A DNA stretch of 64,000 bases from Cyanobacteriota bacterium. GTDB taxonomy: Bacteria > Cyanobacteriota > Cyanobacteriia > PCC-6307 > Cyanobiaceae. The position numbers were made by a program, and so were the translations under genes. Under the pieces are notes generated by a model, which had not been told where the DNA came from, made no database searches, and worked only from the letters and a program-made list of their open reading frames with translations. Position 1 is the stretch's first letter; every line of letters starts with the position of its first letter. The stretch is taken from assembly GCA_046052125.1 (NCBI GenBank), contig JBJOMY010000005.1, positions 64,001 to 128,000 of the forward strand. Reading direction: 5' to 3'. Shown piece by piece: positions 20,065-32,964 of this stretch.

Positions 20065-20988
20065 ATGAATGGCGCTTTGGCCGCTGCGGAGGCTCCCCTG
20101 GCACAGCTGCAGGCCTGGCTGGCGCTGCTGCGCTGGGATAAACCCAGCGGCCGATTGATTCTGTTGATCCCGGCGGGCTGGAGCCTGTGGTTGTTGCCCC
20201 AGGGGCCCGCTCCGGCTGTGTTGGTGGGCTGGATCGTGCTCGGAGGCCTGGCGGTGAGCGGGGCTGGCTGCGTGGCCAACGACCTCTGGGACCGCCGCAT
20301 TGATCCGCAGGTGGAACGCACCCGTGAGCGCCCCCTGGCCAGCGGTCGAATCAGCGTGGCGGCGGCCGTGCTGCTGCTGGCGCTCTGCCTGCTGGCCGCC
20401 CTATCGGTGGTGCTTTGGGGGCTGCCGGCCAACAGCCGCGGCCTCTGCCTGCTCTTGGCCATCGCCGCCTTGCCGCCGGTGCTGCTCTACCCCTCGGCCA
20501 AACGCTGGTTCGGCTACCCCCAGGCGGTGCTGGCCCTGTGTTGGGGCTTCGCCGTGCTGATTCCCTGGGCCGCTGGCAGCGGCAACCTGGCAGGTGGATC
20601 GGCGTTGCTGGCTCTCTGGCTCGCCACCTGCCTCTGGACCTTTGGCTTCGACACGGTGTACGCCATGTCGGACCGTGAGGATGACGCCCGCGTGGGCGTG
20701 CGCAGCTCAGCCCTGAGCCTCGGGAAGCGGGCGCCGCAGGTGGTGGGCCTTTGCTATGGCGCCACAGCACTGTTGCTGGCCTGCTCAGCTGCGCTGCAGG
20801 GCGTGAGCCTGTGGTTCTGGCCGCTCTGGCTGGTGGCCTGCGGAGGCTGGTGGCGGGAAACACAACTCCTGCAGCGCCCCAACCTGCCCCGCTCGGCCTT
20901 CGGCCTCCACTTCCGCCACCAGGTGCTGATTGGAGCGCTGGTGCTGCTGGCCCTGGTGGTAGGCCGCAGCGGAGGACTGGTGGCATGA
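20065..20988 (+). CDS. ubiA: 4-hydroxybenzoate polyprenyl/solanesyltransferase (UbiA/PlqA)
   Basis: LRWDKP, NDLWDRRIDPQVERTRERPL and DTVYAMSDREDD motifs. Confidence 0.92.
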   Translation: MNGALAAAEAPLAQLQAWLALLRWDKPSGRLILLIPAGWSLWLLPQGPAPAVLVGWIVLGGLAVSGAGCVANDLWDRRIDPQVERTRERPLASGRISVAAAVLLLALCLLAALSVVLWGLPANSRGLCLLLAIAALPPVLLYPSAKRWFGYPQAVLALCWGFAVLIPWAAGSGNLAGGSALLALWLATCLWTFGFDTVYAMSDREDDARVGVRSSALSLGKRAPQVVGLCYGATALLLACSAALQGVSLWFWPLWLVACGGWWRETQLLQRPNLPRSAFGLHFRHQVLIGALVLLALVVGRSGGLVA

Positions 20989-21869
20989 GCCTCTGGCCCG
21001 CTCCACTGCAACCCGGGGATCGAGTGCAACTGGCCGCCGCCAGTTCCGCCCTGCAGATCGAGGCGATCGAGCGACTTGAGAGCGGCATCGCCGTGCTGGA
21101 GAGCTGGGGGCTGCAGGTGGAGTGCCATGCCAATCCCCTGCGGCAGCAGGGCTATCTGGCGGGCAGTGACCAGGAGCGGAGCGCAGACCTGCAAGCCAAC
21201 GCACCGCTGCTGGCCTGCCTGCGCGGTGGCTGGGGCTCAGCCCGGCTCCTCGAGCACTCGGCCCCTGCGCTGTCCAAGCAGCCAGCCCATTGGCTGCTCG
21301 GCTTCTCCGATGTGACCTCCCTGCTCTGGGCTCGCCAGGCGGCGGGGATCCCGGGCGGCATCCATGGGCCGATGCTCACCAGCCTGGCCGCCGAACCACT
21401 CTGGAGCCAGGAACGCTTGCGGCAGCTGCTGTTCGGCGCACCACTGGAGCCCCTCACCGGGATCAGCTGGCAGCCAGGCGTGGCGGAAGGCCCCCTGCTG
21501 GTGGGCAATCTCACGGTGGCCACTCACCTGCTCGGCACGCGGCACCTGCCAGAACTGGACGGGGCCGTGCTGGTGCTGGAAGACGTGGGCGAAGCGCCCT
21601 ACCGGCTCGATCGGATGCTCACCCACTGGCGACTGTGCGGCGCCCTGCAACGCCTGGCGGGCATCGGCTTCGGCAGCTTCAGCGGCTGCGATGACGACGA
21701 CTCACCGCTGAACTGCCAACAGGTGTTGCAGGAGCGCACCGCCGACCTGGGCATCCCTGTGTTGGGGAACCTGCCGGTGGGCCATGAACCGGGCAATGCC
21801 GCCCTGGCCCTGGGCCAGCGGGTGTGTCTGGATGCCGATCGCGGCGAACTCACCGTGCTTCAGGCCTGA
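20985..21869 (+). CDS. LD-carboxypeptidase (S66 family)
   Basis: RGGWG, GFSDVT, GNL, LEDVGE and PVGH catalytic motifs. Confidence 0.92.
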   Translation: MSLWPAPLQPGDRVQLAAASSALQIEAIERLESGIAVLESWGLQVECHANPLRQQGYLAGSDQERSADLQANAPLLACLRGGWGSARLLEHSAPALSKQPAHWLLGFSDVTSLLWARQAAGIPGGIHGPMLTSLAAEPLWSQERLRQLLFGAPLEPLTGISWQPGVAEGPLLVGNLTVATHLLGTRHLPELDGAVLVLEDVGEAPYRLDRMLTHWRLCGALQRLAGIGFGSFSGCDDDDSPLNCQQVLQERTADLGIPVLGNLPVGHEPGNAALALGQRVCLDADRGELTVLQA

Positions 21870-22543
21870 CGGGCCGCCAGCACCGCCTCGGCGACGGTGA
21901 GATCAAACGGCGTGGTGATCTTGATGTTGGCCGGCGACGACTCCATCACCCGCACCGCCCAGCCAAGACGCTCAAACAGCGAGGCATCGTCGGTGACGCT
22001 CCAGCCCTCCTGGCGGGCCTGGGCATGGGCCTGGCGCAGCCGCTCCACCGGAAAGCCTTGCGGGGTCTGCGCACCCCAGAGCTGGGAGCGATCGGGCGTG
22101 TCCTGAATCAACCCGGCCCCGTCCACCCGCTTGATCGTGTCGGTCACGGGGGCAGCCGCGATCACCGCCTCACCGCCCTGCACCGCCGCTGCACAGCGAT
22201 CGATCAGGCCAGGATCCACCAGGCAGCGGGCACCGTCATGGATCAGCACGGCGCTGGCATCGGCGGGCAGGGCCGCAAGCCCGTTGCACACCGAATCCTG
22301 GCGGGTCTCGCCACCCTGGATCCACTGCACCGGCCGCTGCGGGCGGGCCGCCTCCACCAGTTGAAGGATGTCGGCCTGATCCACCGGCTGGCCAACGATG
22401 CCGATCCAGCGGATCGAGGCGGAGGCCAGCGCCGCTTCCAGGGTCCAGGCGAGCACGGGCCGTCCTGCCACCTCCAGCAGCAGCTTGTTGCGCTCCGCCC
22501 CCATGCGTCGGCCGCTGCCGGCACAGGCGATTAGCAAATGCAT
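21860..22543 (-). CDS. ispD: 2-C-methyl-D-erythritol 4-phosphate cytidylyltransferase
   Basis: [29 protein letters not shown] and NIKITT motifs. Confidence 0.96.
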   Translation of the reverse strand: MHLLIACAGSGRRMGAERNKLLLEVAGRPVLAWTLEAALASASIRWIGIVGQPVDQADILQLVEAARPQRPVQWIQGGETRQDSVCNGLAALPADASAVLIHDGARCLVDPGLIDRCAAAVQGGEAVIAAAPVTDTIKRVDGAGLIQDTPDRSQLWGAQTPQGFPVERLRQAHAQARQEGWSVTDDASLFERLGWAVRVMESSPANIKITTPFDLTVAEAVLAARQA

Positions 22544-22604
22544 GGCGGCTACGGAGCTGAGTAATCCCACCTACATACAATCAGTCCACGCTCCGCCTGC
22601 GGCC

Positions 22605-23441
22605 ATGCGCGTTCTGTTTCTGGTTCCAGGCGGCGTGGACGCTCAGCTGCACACCCTTCCCGCAGCAGCGCGTCTGGCAGAGGCACTCGGCGCCCAGATT
22701 CAGGTGGCCTGTGCTCCTTCGGCCGCCGCGGCCTGGAGCCTTCTGCCCGCCATTGAAAAGTTAATCCCGTTCGACTTCGACGGCGCCCCCACCCTCGCCG
22801 ACTGGGCCAACCTGCTCGGCAACGTGCGCGAACCCGATTTCCAGGCCTGCATCAATCTCGCCAGCGGCCGGCAGGTGGATCTGATGCTGTCGATGAGCCA
22901 CATCCCCAACCGTGTGGCTAGCGCTGGCTTTTCGGCCACCAGCACCGTGAGCCCAGGCTCCGGCTGGCCGGCCCAGGCCATGGCGGCCTTCCTCAAGCCC
23001 TTGGGCGTAAGCCTCGATGCCGCCGCCTTCCGCCTCTCACTGCCCAAGGCCTCGCTGGAGCAGGCTGCCGCCCAGCTTCCCTCCGGCCAGGGGCCGGCCC
23101 TGCTGTTGGCGCCGAGCGGCGCAGCGGGCGACTGGCCGGCCAGCAACTGGGATCAGCTGCCTGAGCTGGTGCGCAGCAAGCTCCCCGATTTGCGCGTGGT
23201 GCGGGCCGAGCGCACCTCCAAGCTGCCGCAGCGGGCCGCCCAGGTGGCCAGCTGTGATGTGGTGCTCAGCAGTGATCCGATCACCACAGAACTCGCCCTG
23301 CTGGCGGGGATGCCGGTGGTGGCCCTGGGCCGCAGCGCGGCTGATCTGCCTAACCGCGACGGGGTGAAAGGGGTGGGTGCCTCCGGGCAACTGCAACAGC
23401 TGAAAGCCGCCGAGGTGCTCCAGGCCCTCGGCCTGGGATGA
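22605..23441 (+). CDS. Glycosyltransferase family 9 (heptosyltransferase-like)
   Basis: MRVLFLVPGG N-terminus and WP..NW motif; conserved cyanobacterial position divergent from ispD. Confidence 0.7.
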   Translation: MRVLFLVPGGVDAQLHTLPAAARLAEALGAQIQVACAPSAAAAWSLLPAIEKLIPFDFDGAPTLADWANLLGNVREPDFQACINLASGRQVDLMLSMSHIPNRVASAGFSATSTVSPGSGWPAQAMAAFLKPLGVSLDAAAFRLSLPKASLEQAAAQLPSGQGPALLLAPSGAAGDWPASNWDQLPELVRSKLPDLRVVRAERTSKLPQRAAQVASCDVVLSSDPITTELALLAGMPVVALGRSAADLPNRDGVKGVGASGQLQQLKAAEVLQALGLG

Positions 23442-24577
23442 AGCGAACCCGCCGCTCCAGCCGCAGGCAGCGGGTGCTGCGGGGTGCACTCACCCGCCAG
23501 CCCTGGGCCGGGCCGCTGCTGGCCCTGAGCCTCGTGGTGAATGCCGGCGCCCTGGGCTACCGGCTCACCGAGGGCTGGGACTGGGGCGACTGCTACTGGA
23601 TGGTGCTGATCACCCTCAGCACCCTGGGCTTCAGCGACCCTCACACCGCTGTGATGCACACAGGCGGGCGCGTGGTGACCGCCCTGCTGCTGGTGGGCGG
23701 TTTGGTGGTGGTGCAGCAGACCATCCAGAAACTGCTGGAATTAACCAACTCCGGCTACTTCCGGCGGCTGCGCGAACGGCGCTACCGCCAACAGCTCAAA
23801 CGCACGATGAATCAGCACGTGATCCTCTGCGGCTATGGCCGGATCGGGCGTGAGATTGCCGAACAGCTCAGCGGGGAGGGGGTGCCGCTGCTGGTGGTGG
23901 AAAACGACAGCGATCGCATCAGCGAAGCCCAGGAACGGGGGCTCTCGGTGCTCCAGGGGGATGCCACCCTCGATGAAACCCTCGAAGAAGCCGGCATCCA
24001 TCACTGCCGGGCGCTGGTGGCTGCCCTCCCGAACAACGCAGCCAACCTCTATGTGGTGTTGAGCGCCCGGGGCCTGGCACCCCGGGCCCGTTTGATCGCC
24101 CGGGCCGACAGCGCCGAGGCGGAAGGGAAGCTGCGCTTGGCTGGAGCAGACCAGGTGGTGAGCCCCTACGTGGCTGGTGGGCGCACCATGGCTGCCACGG
24201 CCCTGCGCCCTCTAGCCGTGACCTTCATGGAATTGCTGGCCGGCAGCGACTGTGAAGTGGATGAATTTCGGCTCAGCCACGAGCCCGAACGCCTGGGCGA
24301 TCTCAATGGCGCCAGCCTGGCGGAACTGCAGCTGGGCCGCCGCAGCGGCGCTCTGGTGCTGGCAATCCGTCGGCCCGGCGGATCAGCTGGGGGGCCCGGC
24401 CTGTACCGCGGCAACACCGCCATTCCGGAGGAAGCGGCCCTGATCGCCAATCCTGGGGGTGATGTGCGCCTGGAGCCTGGTCAGCTGCTGGTGGTGATGG
24501 GGAGCAAGAGCCAATTGCAGGCCTTCTCTGAGCTGTTGGGCAGCGCCCTGGCGGCCGTGGAGAGCATGTCGGTGTGA
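23438..24577 (+). CDS. Two-TM K+ channel-family protein with TrkA-N/TrkA-C (RCK) domains
   Basis: TM-pore-TM with TLSTLGFSD, HVILCGYGRIG, GDAT and AGADQVVSP. Confidence 0.9.
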   Translation: MKRTRRSSRRQRVLRGALTRQPWAGPLLALSLVVNAGALGYRLTEGWDWGDCYWMVLITLSTLGFSDPHTAVMHTGGRVVTALLLVGGLVVVQQTIQKLLELTNSGYFRRLRERRYRQQLKRTMNQHVILCGYGRIGREIAEQLSGEGVPLLVVENDSDRISEAQERGLSVLQGDATLDETLEEAGIHHCRALVAALPNNAANLYVVLSARGLAPRARLIARADSAEAEGKLRLAGADQVVSPYVAGGRTMAATALRPLAVTFMELLAGSDCEVDEFRLSHEPERLGDLNGASLAELQLGRRSGALVLAIRRPGGSAGGPGLYRGNTAIPEEAALIANPGGDVRLEPGQLLVVMGSKSQLQAFSELLGSALAAVESMSV

Positions 24578-24630
24578 GGGCTGGCTGAGGCGCAGATCTA
24601 CGCTCGCTCGACCTCAAGCGCACCCTCGTC

Positions 24631-25398
24631 ATGGCCGACGCCGCCCCCGTTGCTGGACAACCGCTGGCCGGACAGGTGGCGCTGGTGACCGGCGCCAGCC
24701 GAGGCATCGGTGCGGCCATCGCCAAAGACCTTGCCGCCGCTGGCGCCACGGTGGTGGTGAACTACGCCAGCTCCCCGGCCGCCGCTGATGCCGTGGTGGC
24801 GGAGATCACCGCAGCGGGCGGCAAGGCCTGGGCCCATCAGGCCAACGTGGCCGATGAGGAGCAGGTGGAAGCCCTGGTGAAGGCCGTGCAGGAACGGGAG
24901 GGGCGCCTGGACGTGCTGGTGAACAACGCCGGCATCACCCGCGACGGCCTGCTGATGCGCATGAAGAGCGCCGACTGGCAGAGCGTGATCGATCTCAACC
25001 TCACCGGCGTGTTCCTCTGCACCCGCGCCGTGAGCCGCTCGATGCTCAAAGCCCGCAGCGGCCGCATCATCAACATCACTTCGGTGGTGGGCCTGATGGG
25101 CAACCCCGGCCAGGCCAACTACAGCGCCGCCAAAGCCGGCGTGATCGGCCTCACCCGCAGCAGCGCCGCTGAATTTGCCAGCCGCGGCGTCACCGTGAAC
25201 GCCGTGGCCCCCGGCTTCATCGAGAGCGACATGACCGCTGAGCTCGATAAGGAGCCGATCCTGGCCGCCATCCCCCTGGGGCGCATGGGCCAACCCAGCG
25301 AGGTGGCCAGCGCCGTGCGCTTCCTGGCCTCAGACCCCGCCGCCGCCTACATGACCGGTCAGGTGCTGCAGGTGGACGGCGGCATGGTGATGCGCTGA
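24631..25398 (+). CDS. fabG: 3-oxoacyl-ACP reductase
   Basis: [21 protein letters not shown] and VDGG motifs. Confidence 0.96.
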   Translation: MADAAPVAGQPLAGQVALVTGASRGIGAAIAKDLAAAGATVVVNYASSPAAADAVVAEITAAGGKAWAHQANVADEEQVEALVKAVQEREGRLDVLVNNAGITRDGLLMRMKSADWQSVIDLNLTGVFLCTRAVSRSMLKARSGRIINITSVVGLMGNPGQANYSAAKAGVIGLTRSSAAEFASRGVTVNAVAPGFIESDMTAELDKEPILAAIPLGRMGQPSEVASAVRFLASDPAAAYMTGQVLQVDGGMVMR

Positions 25399-25402
25399 GC
25401 GA

Positions 25403-27453
<2,051 letters not shown>

Positions 27454-27466
27454 GCCGAAGCTGGAC

Positions 27467-27658
27467 TTACAGCACCCGCACCAGGCGGGCGTGAATCCGG
27501 CAGACCGCGAGTGCTTCCCGGGGCGGGTCATTGCAGAGCCGCCCCAGCTCCCGGTTGAGCGCCTGCAGCTCATCCATCGGCAAGCTGGCCACCGGCACGG
27601 CCATCAACAGCCCGCCGAGTGCAAGCGGCACCAGCGAGTGCAAGTTCAGGGAGGCCAT
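27467..27658 (-). CDS. Small hypothetical protein with a signal-peptide-like N-terminus and two Cys
   Basis: Strong Shine-Dalgarno AAGGAGGTG just upstream of ATG 27658; LGRLCNDPPREALAVCRIHARL. Confidence 0.7.
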   Translation of the reverse strand: MASLNLHSLVPLALGGLLMAVPVASLPMDELQALNRELGRLCNDPPREALAVCRIHARLVRVL

Positions 27659-27728
27659 CAGCACCTCCTTCAAGACGCTTGAGACTCACCCAGTGTGAAT
27701 CGCACCGTTCAGGGGTGAAGCGGTTCCT

Positions 27729-28421
27729 TCAGAAAGCTTCCAAAGCTCGGCGGTAGGCCGCCACCTGCAAGTCCACGCCCGTGATGGCCGTGCCCACAAC
27801 CACTGCATCAGCGCCCAGGCTGATCGCTTGCTGGGCCTGTTCAGCGCTGGCCACACCGCCCTCACAGATCAACAGCGCCTCCGCCGGCAACTGCTGCCGC
27901 AGCTGGGGGATCAGATCCCAGGCCGGCGGCCGCAACGCGGATGTGGCCTCGGTGTAACCAAACAGGGTGGTCCCCACCCACTGACAGCCCAGGGCAGCGG
28001 CCTGCAAACCATTGGCCAGGCTGTCCACATCAGCCATCAGCACGGCCCCCAGATCAGTGCGGGCGCGCTGCACCAGTTCTGCGAGCACTTGTCCATCCGG
28101 GCGATGCCGTTCCGTGGCATCGAGAGCGATCACGTCAGCTCCGGCCGCCCACACCGCTTGAATTTCATGCCAGCCGGGGGTGATGTACACCGGGCTGTCT
28201 GCAAACGTGCGCTTCCAGAGCCCCACAATCAGTGCATCGGGGCAGCGGCGCCGCACCGCACCGATGTGCTCAGGGCTCTCGAGCCGCACACCCACCGCGC
28301 CGTTGTTGAGGCTCGCTTCAGCCATCGCCGCGATCACCTCGGGCTGCCGCATCGGCGACCCCTCAGGGGCCTGCACCGACACAATCAAGCCAGCCTGGAG
28401 CCTGGAGCGATCAGGCAGCAC
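27729..28421 (-). CDS. nanE: N-acetylmannosamine-6-phosphate 2-epimerase
   Basis: LIVSVQA, GLWK, VYITP, MAD, GTTLFGYT, EGG and VVGTAIT motifs. Confidence 0.93.
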   Translation of the reverse strand: MLPDRSRLQAGLIVSVQAPEGSPMRQPEVIAAMAEASLNNGAVGVRLESPEHIGAVRRRCPDALIVGLWKRTFADSPVYITPGWHEIQAVWAAGADVIALDATERHRPDGQVLAELVQRARTDLGAVLMADVDSLANGLQAAALGCQWVGTTLFGYTEATSALRPPAWDLIPQLRQQLPAEALLICEGGVASAEQAQQAISLGADAVVVGTAITGVDLQVAAYRRALEAF

Positions 28422-28824
28422 GGCGGCTCTCCTGATCCGGCAGCCAAGCGCGGAGCTGCACCAGGGCGGGATGGGTTGGAGCCGGTGCCGGACGGGTGGC
28501 AGTAGGTACCGGCGGGGCTAGGCGCAGGGGCCGCACGGCTGGGGTGGAGGCTGCAGGCTCCGCGGGCAAAGCCTCAATCAATGGAGCAGGCTCCGGCTGA
28601 GCGGCTGTGTTGCTGTGCTCGTGCCACCAGGCGCATCCCTCAGGCTCAACCGCGCTGAGCTCAGCCCAGAGACTGGGCAGGCTGCTCACCCCATGGCGGT
28701 GGACCCACTGAGCAAGCAGCTGGCTCATCAGCTGAGCGTTACGAGAGGCCAGGGCTGCTTGCAGCCCCAGCAGCTGCGCCTGGCGGCGGGCCTGGGGAGA
28801 GGGAGCGGAGGGTCGTGGTGCCAC
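28411..28824 (-). CDS. Hypothetical protein
   Basis: ORF in an operon-like position between the ABC permease and nanE; QWVHRHG and LRAWLPD segments. Confidence 0.6.
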   Translation of the reverse strand: MAPRPSAPSPQARRQAQLLGLQAALASRNAQLMSQLLAQWVHRHGVSSLPSLWAELSAVEPEGCAWWHEHSNTAAQPEPAPLIEALPAEPAASTPAVRPLRLAPPVPTATRPAPAPTHPALVQLRAWLPDQESRRAA

Positions 28825-28834
28825 GGCAGCAGGA

Positions 28835-29701
28835 TCAGGCGAGCTTGCGATCCAGCAGCGGGCGGATCAACAGGAACAGACCCACGGCCAACGCCGCCAA
28901 CACCGCTAAACAGGCCGCAGCACTGAGATCTCCGTAAGGAGCCTGAAGCACCACGGCTGAAAGCGAAAACTGGCCGGCGTAGGCGGCACGGATCGGTTCA
29001 ATCGCGAAGGTAAGGGGATTTAGGGCCGCTAGCCAGCCCAGCCAGCTGGGCATGAAGGAAATGGGAGCCAGGGCAGTGCTAGCAAACAGCAGCGGCAGGT
29101 TGGCCACGAAGATCACCGCGATCAATTCGATGTGGCCAGGCAAGGCAAAGGCCAGGCCAAGGCTCAATCCAGTCACCGCGAACACCAGCAACAGGAGGGT
29201 CACCAACACCAGAAGAAGACCCACACCACCCGGCCAGCCATAGCCCAGGCCCCAGGCGGTGGCCATGATCGCCAGGCTCTGCACCAGGCTCAGCACCGTG
29301 ATGTAGAGCACGGAGGCCAGCACGATCGAACTGCGGGAACGCAGCGGCGCCACCAGCAGGCGATTCAGAAAACCGAATTCGCGATCAAACATCACCGGCA
29401 AGCCGGCGTTGAGGGCGGCGCTGAAGGCCGTGAACACAATCACGCCAGCACCCAAGAAGCGGCCGTAGCTCATGCCATCGGGCAACAAGCCCTCGGGTGC
29501 GTTGGCAAACAGGGCGCCAAACAACACCAACCAGATCAGCGGCTGAAGCACGCCGGCCACCAGGGTGGAGGGCCTGCGGGCCAACTGCAGGAAGAGGCGT
29601 CTGGTGAGGGCCAGGGTTTCCTGCACAAGCTCGGCGGTAGCCGAGCGTGGAGCCGTGGCGCCAACCGGACTGTTGAAGAAGGAAGGAGCGGCGCTGGTCA
29701 T
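28835..29701 (-). CDS. ABC-2 type transporter permease
   Basis: QPLIWLVLFG, FDREFGFLNRLLVAP and NPLT motifs; six TM helices. Confidence 0.92.
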   Translation of the reverse strand: MTSAAPSFFNSPVGATAPRSATAELVQETLALTRRLFLQLARRPSTLVAGVLQPLIWLVLFGALFANAPEGLLPDGMSYGRFLGAGVIVFTAFSAALNAGLPVMFDREFGFLNRLLVAPLRSRSSIVLASVLYITVLSLVQSLAIMATAWGLGYGWPGGVGLLLVLVTLLLLVFAVTGLSLGLAFALPGHIELIAVIFVANLPLLFASTALAPISFMPSWLGWLAALNPLTFAIEPIRAAYAGQFSLSAVVLQAPYGDLSAAACLAVLAALAVGLFLLIRPLLDRKLA

Positions 29702-29750
29702 CGCGGCTGGAGAAGAAACAACAGAACGGAGCAGAACTTGAAACCTGGCG

Positions 29751-30782
29751 CTAGCGCATCGACTGCTTGCGCTCAGCCTTGGGATCACGGCTGCCAGCCA
29801 CCGCCAGCTCCGCATCCATCAAGGTGCGGCCCGTGGCCTGGAGATACACATCATCCAGGCTGGGGCGGCTCTGAGCCAGGGCGAACACCGGCAATTGAGC
29901 TTCGGCGAGCTGGCGCCGCAGCTGCTCCACCACGCCGTCGTGTTCCACCACCAGGTTGAGGGAATAACCCTGGGATTGGTTCACCACCACCTGGCGCACT
30001 CCCGGGCAGCTCTGCAGCAATTGCTGCACGCGCAGGGCCTCGGGTTCATCGCTGAACTCCCGAACCCGCAGGGTGACGCGATCCCCGCCAAGGGCGGCCT
30101 TGAGCTCAGCCGGCCGGCCGGCCGCAATCACCCGACCACCCTCGATGATCGCCAGCTGATCGGCCAACGCATCCACCTCCTCGAGGTAGTGGCTGCTGAG
30201 CAGCACCGTGGTGCCCTGATCACGCAGCTGGCGCAACACCTGCCAGATCGCAGCGCGGCTTTCGATATCGAGGCCCACGGTGGGCTCATCCAGCACCAGC
30301 ACCTGGGGCCGGTGCAGCAGGCCGGAGGCGAGATCGAGGCGCCGGCGCATCCCGCCGGAATAGGTGCCGCTGCGGCGATCAATCCAGTCGGCCATGCCCA
30401 GCAGCTCGATCAGCTCGGCAATGCGCTGGTCACGATGAGAGCGCTGCAAGTGATACAGGTCACCCTGAAGCTGCAGCAACTCGCGGCCGCTGAGAATTTT
30501 GTCGAGCGCCACCTCCTGCGCCACGTAGCCGAGGCGCTCGCGAACCCCGCGGGGATCAGCCAAGGCATCCACGCCGGCCACGCGCACACTGCCACTGCAC
30601 GGAGCCAACAGCGTGGCCAGGATCCGGAGCGTGGTGGTTTTGCCGGCGCCGTTGGGACCGAGCAGCCCGAACAGGCTTCCGGCCGGCACGCTCAGGTTGA
30701 GGCCATCGAGGGCAACCACGGCTCGATCAGCCTTGCCGTAGCGCTTGCTCACGTTGTGGAGCTCGATCACCCCTTCTGGCAT
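29751..30782 (-). CDS. ABC transporter ATP-binding protein (DrrA-like)
   Basis: GPNGAGKTT, YSGGMRRR, LDEPT and SLDDVYL motifs. Confidence 0.94.
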   Translation of the reverse strand: MPEGVIELHNVSKRYGKADRAVVALDGLNLSVPAGSLFGLLGPNGAGKTTTLRILATLLAPCSGSVRVAGVDALADPRGVRERLGYVAQEVALDKILSGRELLQLQGDLYHLQRSHRDQRIAELIELLGMADWIDRRSGTYSGGMRRRLDLASGLLHRPQVLVLDEPTVGLDIESRAAIWQVLRQLRDQGTTVLLSSHYLEEVDALADQLAIIEGGRVIAAGRPAELKAALGGDRVTLRVREFSDEPEALRVQQLLQSCPGVRQVVVNQSQGYSLNLVVEHDGVVEQLRRQLAEAQLPVFALAQSRPSLDDVYLQATGRTLMDAELAVAGSRDPKAERKQSMR

Positions 30783-30840
30783 CAGATCCGCCAAGAGCTC
30801 AGGCTCCGCACAACCACTGCTGGCGGCCAATCTAGAAAGG

Positions 30841-31863
30841 TCAGGTGGCTAGAGACGCAGCCCAGGTGAAGGCTGCCTTGCCGGACCCTGCCATGGCGAT
30901 CAGGTCCCAGCCCTGGCGGCTGAACTGCTCACCGGCTGGCAGGCGGGCGATCAGCAGCAGCAAACAAATGCCGAAGAGATAGAAGATCGACCAGCGGAAC
31001 AAGCCGCGGGCCCGCTGCAGGTCATCCGGATCGCGATGCAACCGCCAGGCCATCTGGATCAGGCGGGCGTTGAAGGGCAGCAGCAGCAGGCCGTAGAGCA
31101 GACCGCCGCTGGGAAGAGCCCAGATCCCAAACAGGCTGAGCAGCACCGTGGCAGCCGCGTAGAGGCTGATGCCCCGAGCCGTCGCCGCGGTGCCCTTCAC
31201 CACCGGCAGCATCGGAATGCCTACGGCGCGGTAGTCGTCTTTCAGCAGCAGCGCCAACGCCCAGAAATGGGCGGGGGTCCACACCATCACCAGGGCGAAC
31301 AACCACCAGCTGCTCAAACCGAGATGGCCCGTGGCGGCGGCTGCGCCCACCAGTGGCGGGATCGCACCGGCCACGCCGCCGATCACGATGTTCTGGGTGG
31401 TGCGTGGCTTGAGCAGCACCGTGTAGAGCAGCACGTAGCTGCACAGGCCGAGCAGGGCCAGGCTGGCGGCCAGGCAGTTCACCCCGCCCACTAAGAGCGT
31501 GGCGGCGGTGAGGGCGAGAGCAACAGCGATCGCAAAAGCCGTGCCCATCGACAAGCGCCCCGAGGGGAGCGCGCGGGAGCTGGTGCGGAGCATGCGGCCA
31601 TCCAGCTCCTGCTCCCACAAACAGTTGAGAACGCCAGCTGCTGCTGCCGCCAAGGCGCCGCCCCCAAGGGTGCAGGCGAGCCTGAGCGGGGGCAGGGGCC
31701 AACCCTCCGAGAGGGCCATCCCCCCCAGGGTGGTGGCAAGCAGCAAGGGGATCAGGCGCGGCTTGGCGATCTCCAACCAGGGCGGCAGCTTGATGCGAGC
31801 CCGGGAGGGCACCACCTGATCACGGGTGAGGGCCGGGACTGCTGTTGCAGGTGCACTAACCAT
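30841..31863 (-). CDS. ctaB: Haem O synthase (protohaem IX farnesyltransferase)
   Basis: [24 protein letters not shown] and [11 protein letters not shown] motifs. Confidence 0.95.
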   Translation of the reverse strand: MVSAPATAVPALTRDQVVPSRARIKLPPWLEIAKPRLIPLLLATTLGGMALSEGWPLPPLRLACTLGGGALAAAAAGVLNCLWEQELDGRMLRTSSRALPSGRLSMGTAFAIAVALALTAATLLVGGVNCLAASLALLGLCSYVLLYTVLLKPRTTQNIVIGGVAGAIPPLVGAAAATGHLGLSSWWLFALVMVWTPAHFWALALLLKDDYRAVGIPMLPVVKGTAATARGISLYAAATVLLSLFGIWALPSGGLLYGLLLLPFNARLIQMAWRLHRDPDDLQRARGLFRWSIFYLFGICLLLLIARLPAGEQFSRQGWDLIAMAGSGKAAFTWAASLAT

Positions 31864-32779
31864 GGGAGAACTCCTGCTGGGAAGGCTGAAGAAGGCTGCG
31901 GCTGAACAAGGCGGCCAACACCGCCACCAACAGGGCCGCCATCAGCTGATGGGCCACGGTGACGGCAGGCGCCGCCAACGTGAGGCGCAGGCTGAAGACA
32001 CCGAGCGCGATTTGGGCCACCACGGCCATGGCCGCGAGCGCGGCAAGGGTGCGCTCCGCAGGACGCCGCCATGCCACCAGCAGCGCCGCAGTGATCACCG
32101 CCAAAGCCACTGGACGGGCGCCGAGGCGATGGGCCAGCAACCAGCCGCACCCTTCCCCTGAGCTGAGGCAGCGCCCTGCAGCCCATTGGGTGGCCATCAG
32201 GCCGCCTAGCAGGCACTGGCCGATCGCCAGCGCAGCAACCGCACCGATCAACCACGGCCAAGCGCGGTTGAGCCACTGAAGGCTCTGAATCGGAGTCGTT
32301 TGAACCGGGAACGGCTCCAGCAGGGCCTGGGTGCAGGCACTGAGCAGAGCCACCAAGAGCAGCGCCGTGATCAAGTGCGCCGTGACCACTGGAAACGGCA
32401 ACAGCAAGGTGACGGTGAGGGCACCCAAGCCGCCCTGCACAGCCACCAGCAGCAGCGCAGCCACCGAGAGCCAAGGCACCCAGCGGGGCAATTCACGACG
32501 CCACCACCAAGTGGCCACCGCCTGCACCAACAGTCCCACTCCCACGATGAAGGCATCGAGCCGGTGGAACCACTCGAGGAACACCTGGAGGTTCATCTGC
32601 CGGCCCGGCAAGAGTGAGCCGTAACAAAGCGGCCAGTCGGGACAGGCCAGACCGGCTTCCATGACGCGGGTGGCTCCTCCAATCCCCACCAACGCGATCA
32701 GAGCCACCAGCAGGTGGGCGCTTAAGGCACCGAGAGCACCGCGTCGACTCGCAAGGGGTTGGAGCGTGATAGCCGTCAT
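31856..32779 (-). CDS. ctaA: Haem A synthase (COX15/CtaA)
   Basis: [20 protein letters not shown] and VAHQ motifs. Confidence 0.93.
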   Translation of the reverse strand: MTAITLQPLASRRGALGALSAHLLVALIALVGIGGATRVMEAGLACPDWPLCYGSLLPGRQMNLQVFLEWFHRLDAFIVGVGLLVQAVATWWWRRELPRWVPWLSVAALLLVAVQGGLGALTVTLLLPFPVVTAHLITALLLVALLSACTQALLEPFPVQTTPIQSLQWLNRAWPWLIGAVAALAIGQCLLGGLMATQWAAGRCLSSGEGCGWLLAHRLGARPVALAVITAALLVAWRRPAERTLAALAAMAVVAQIALGVFSLRLTLAAPAVTVAHQLMAALLVAVLAALFSRSLLQPSQQEFSHG

Positions 32780-32964
32780 CCCGTCGCGCCAACTGCAGTT
32801 GCGATGAAGCTAACGATGGCTACAGCGAGGCACACGATTGCATCAATTGCCGTTGCATACGGTGTGCGATCCCTCACCAGATCCCACACGATTGCTGCGA
32901 ACATCAACAGCGGCAACACGGGCGCCTGGAACCTCCATAGGGTTAGGCAAACAAAGCCGCAGCC

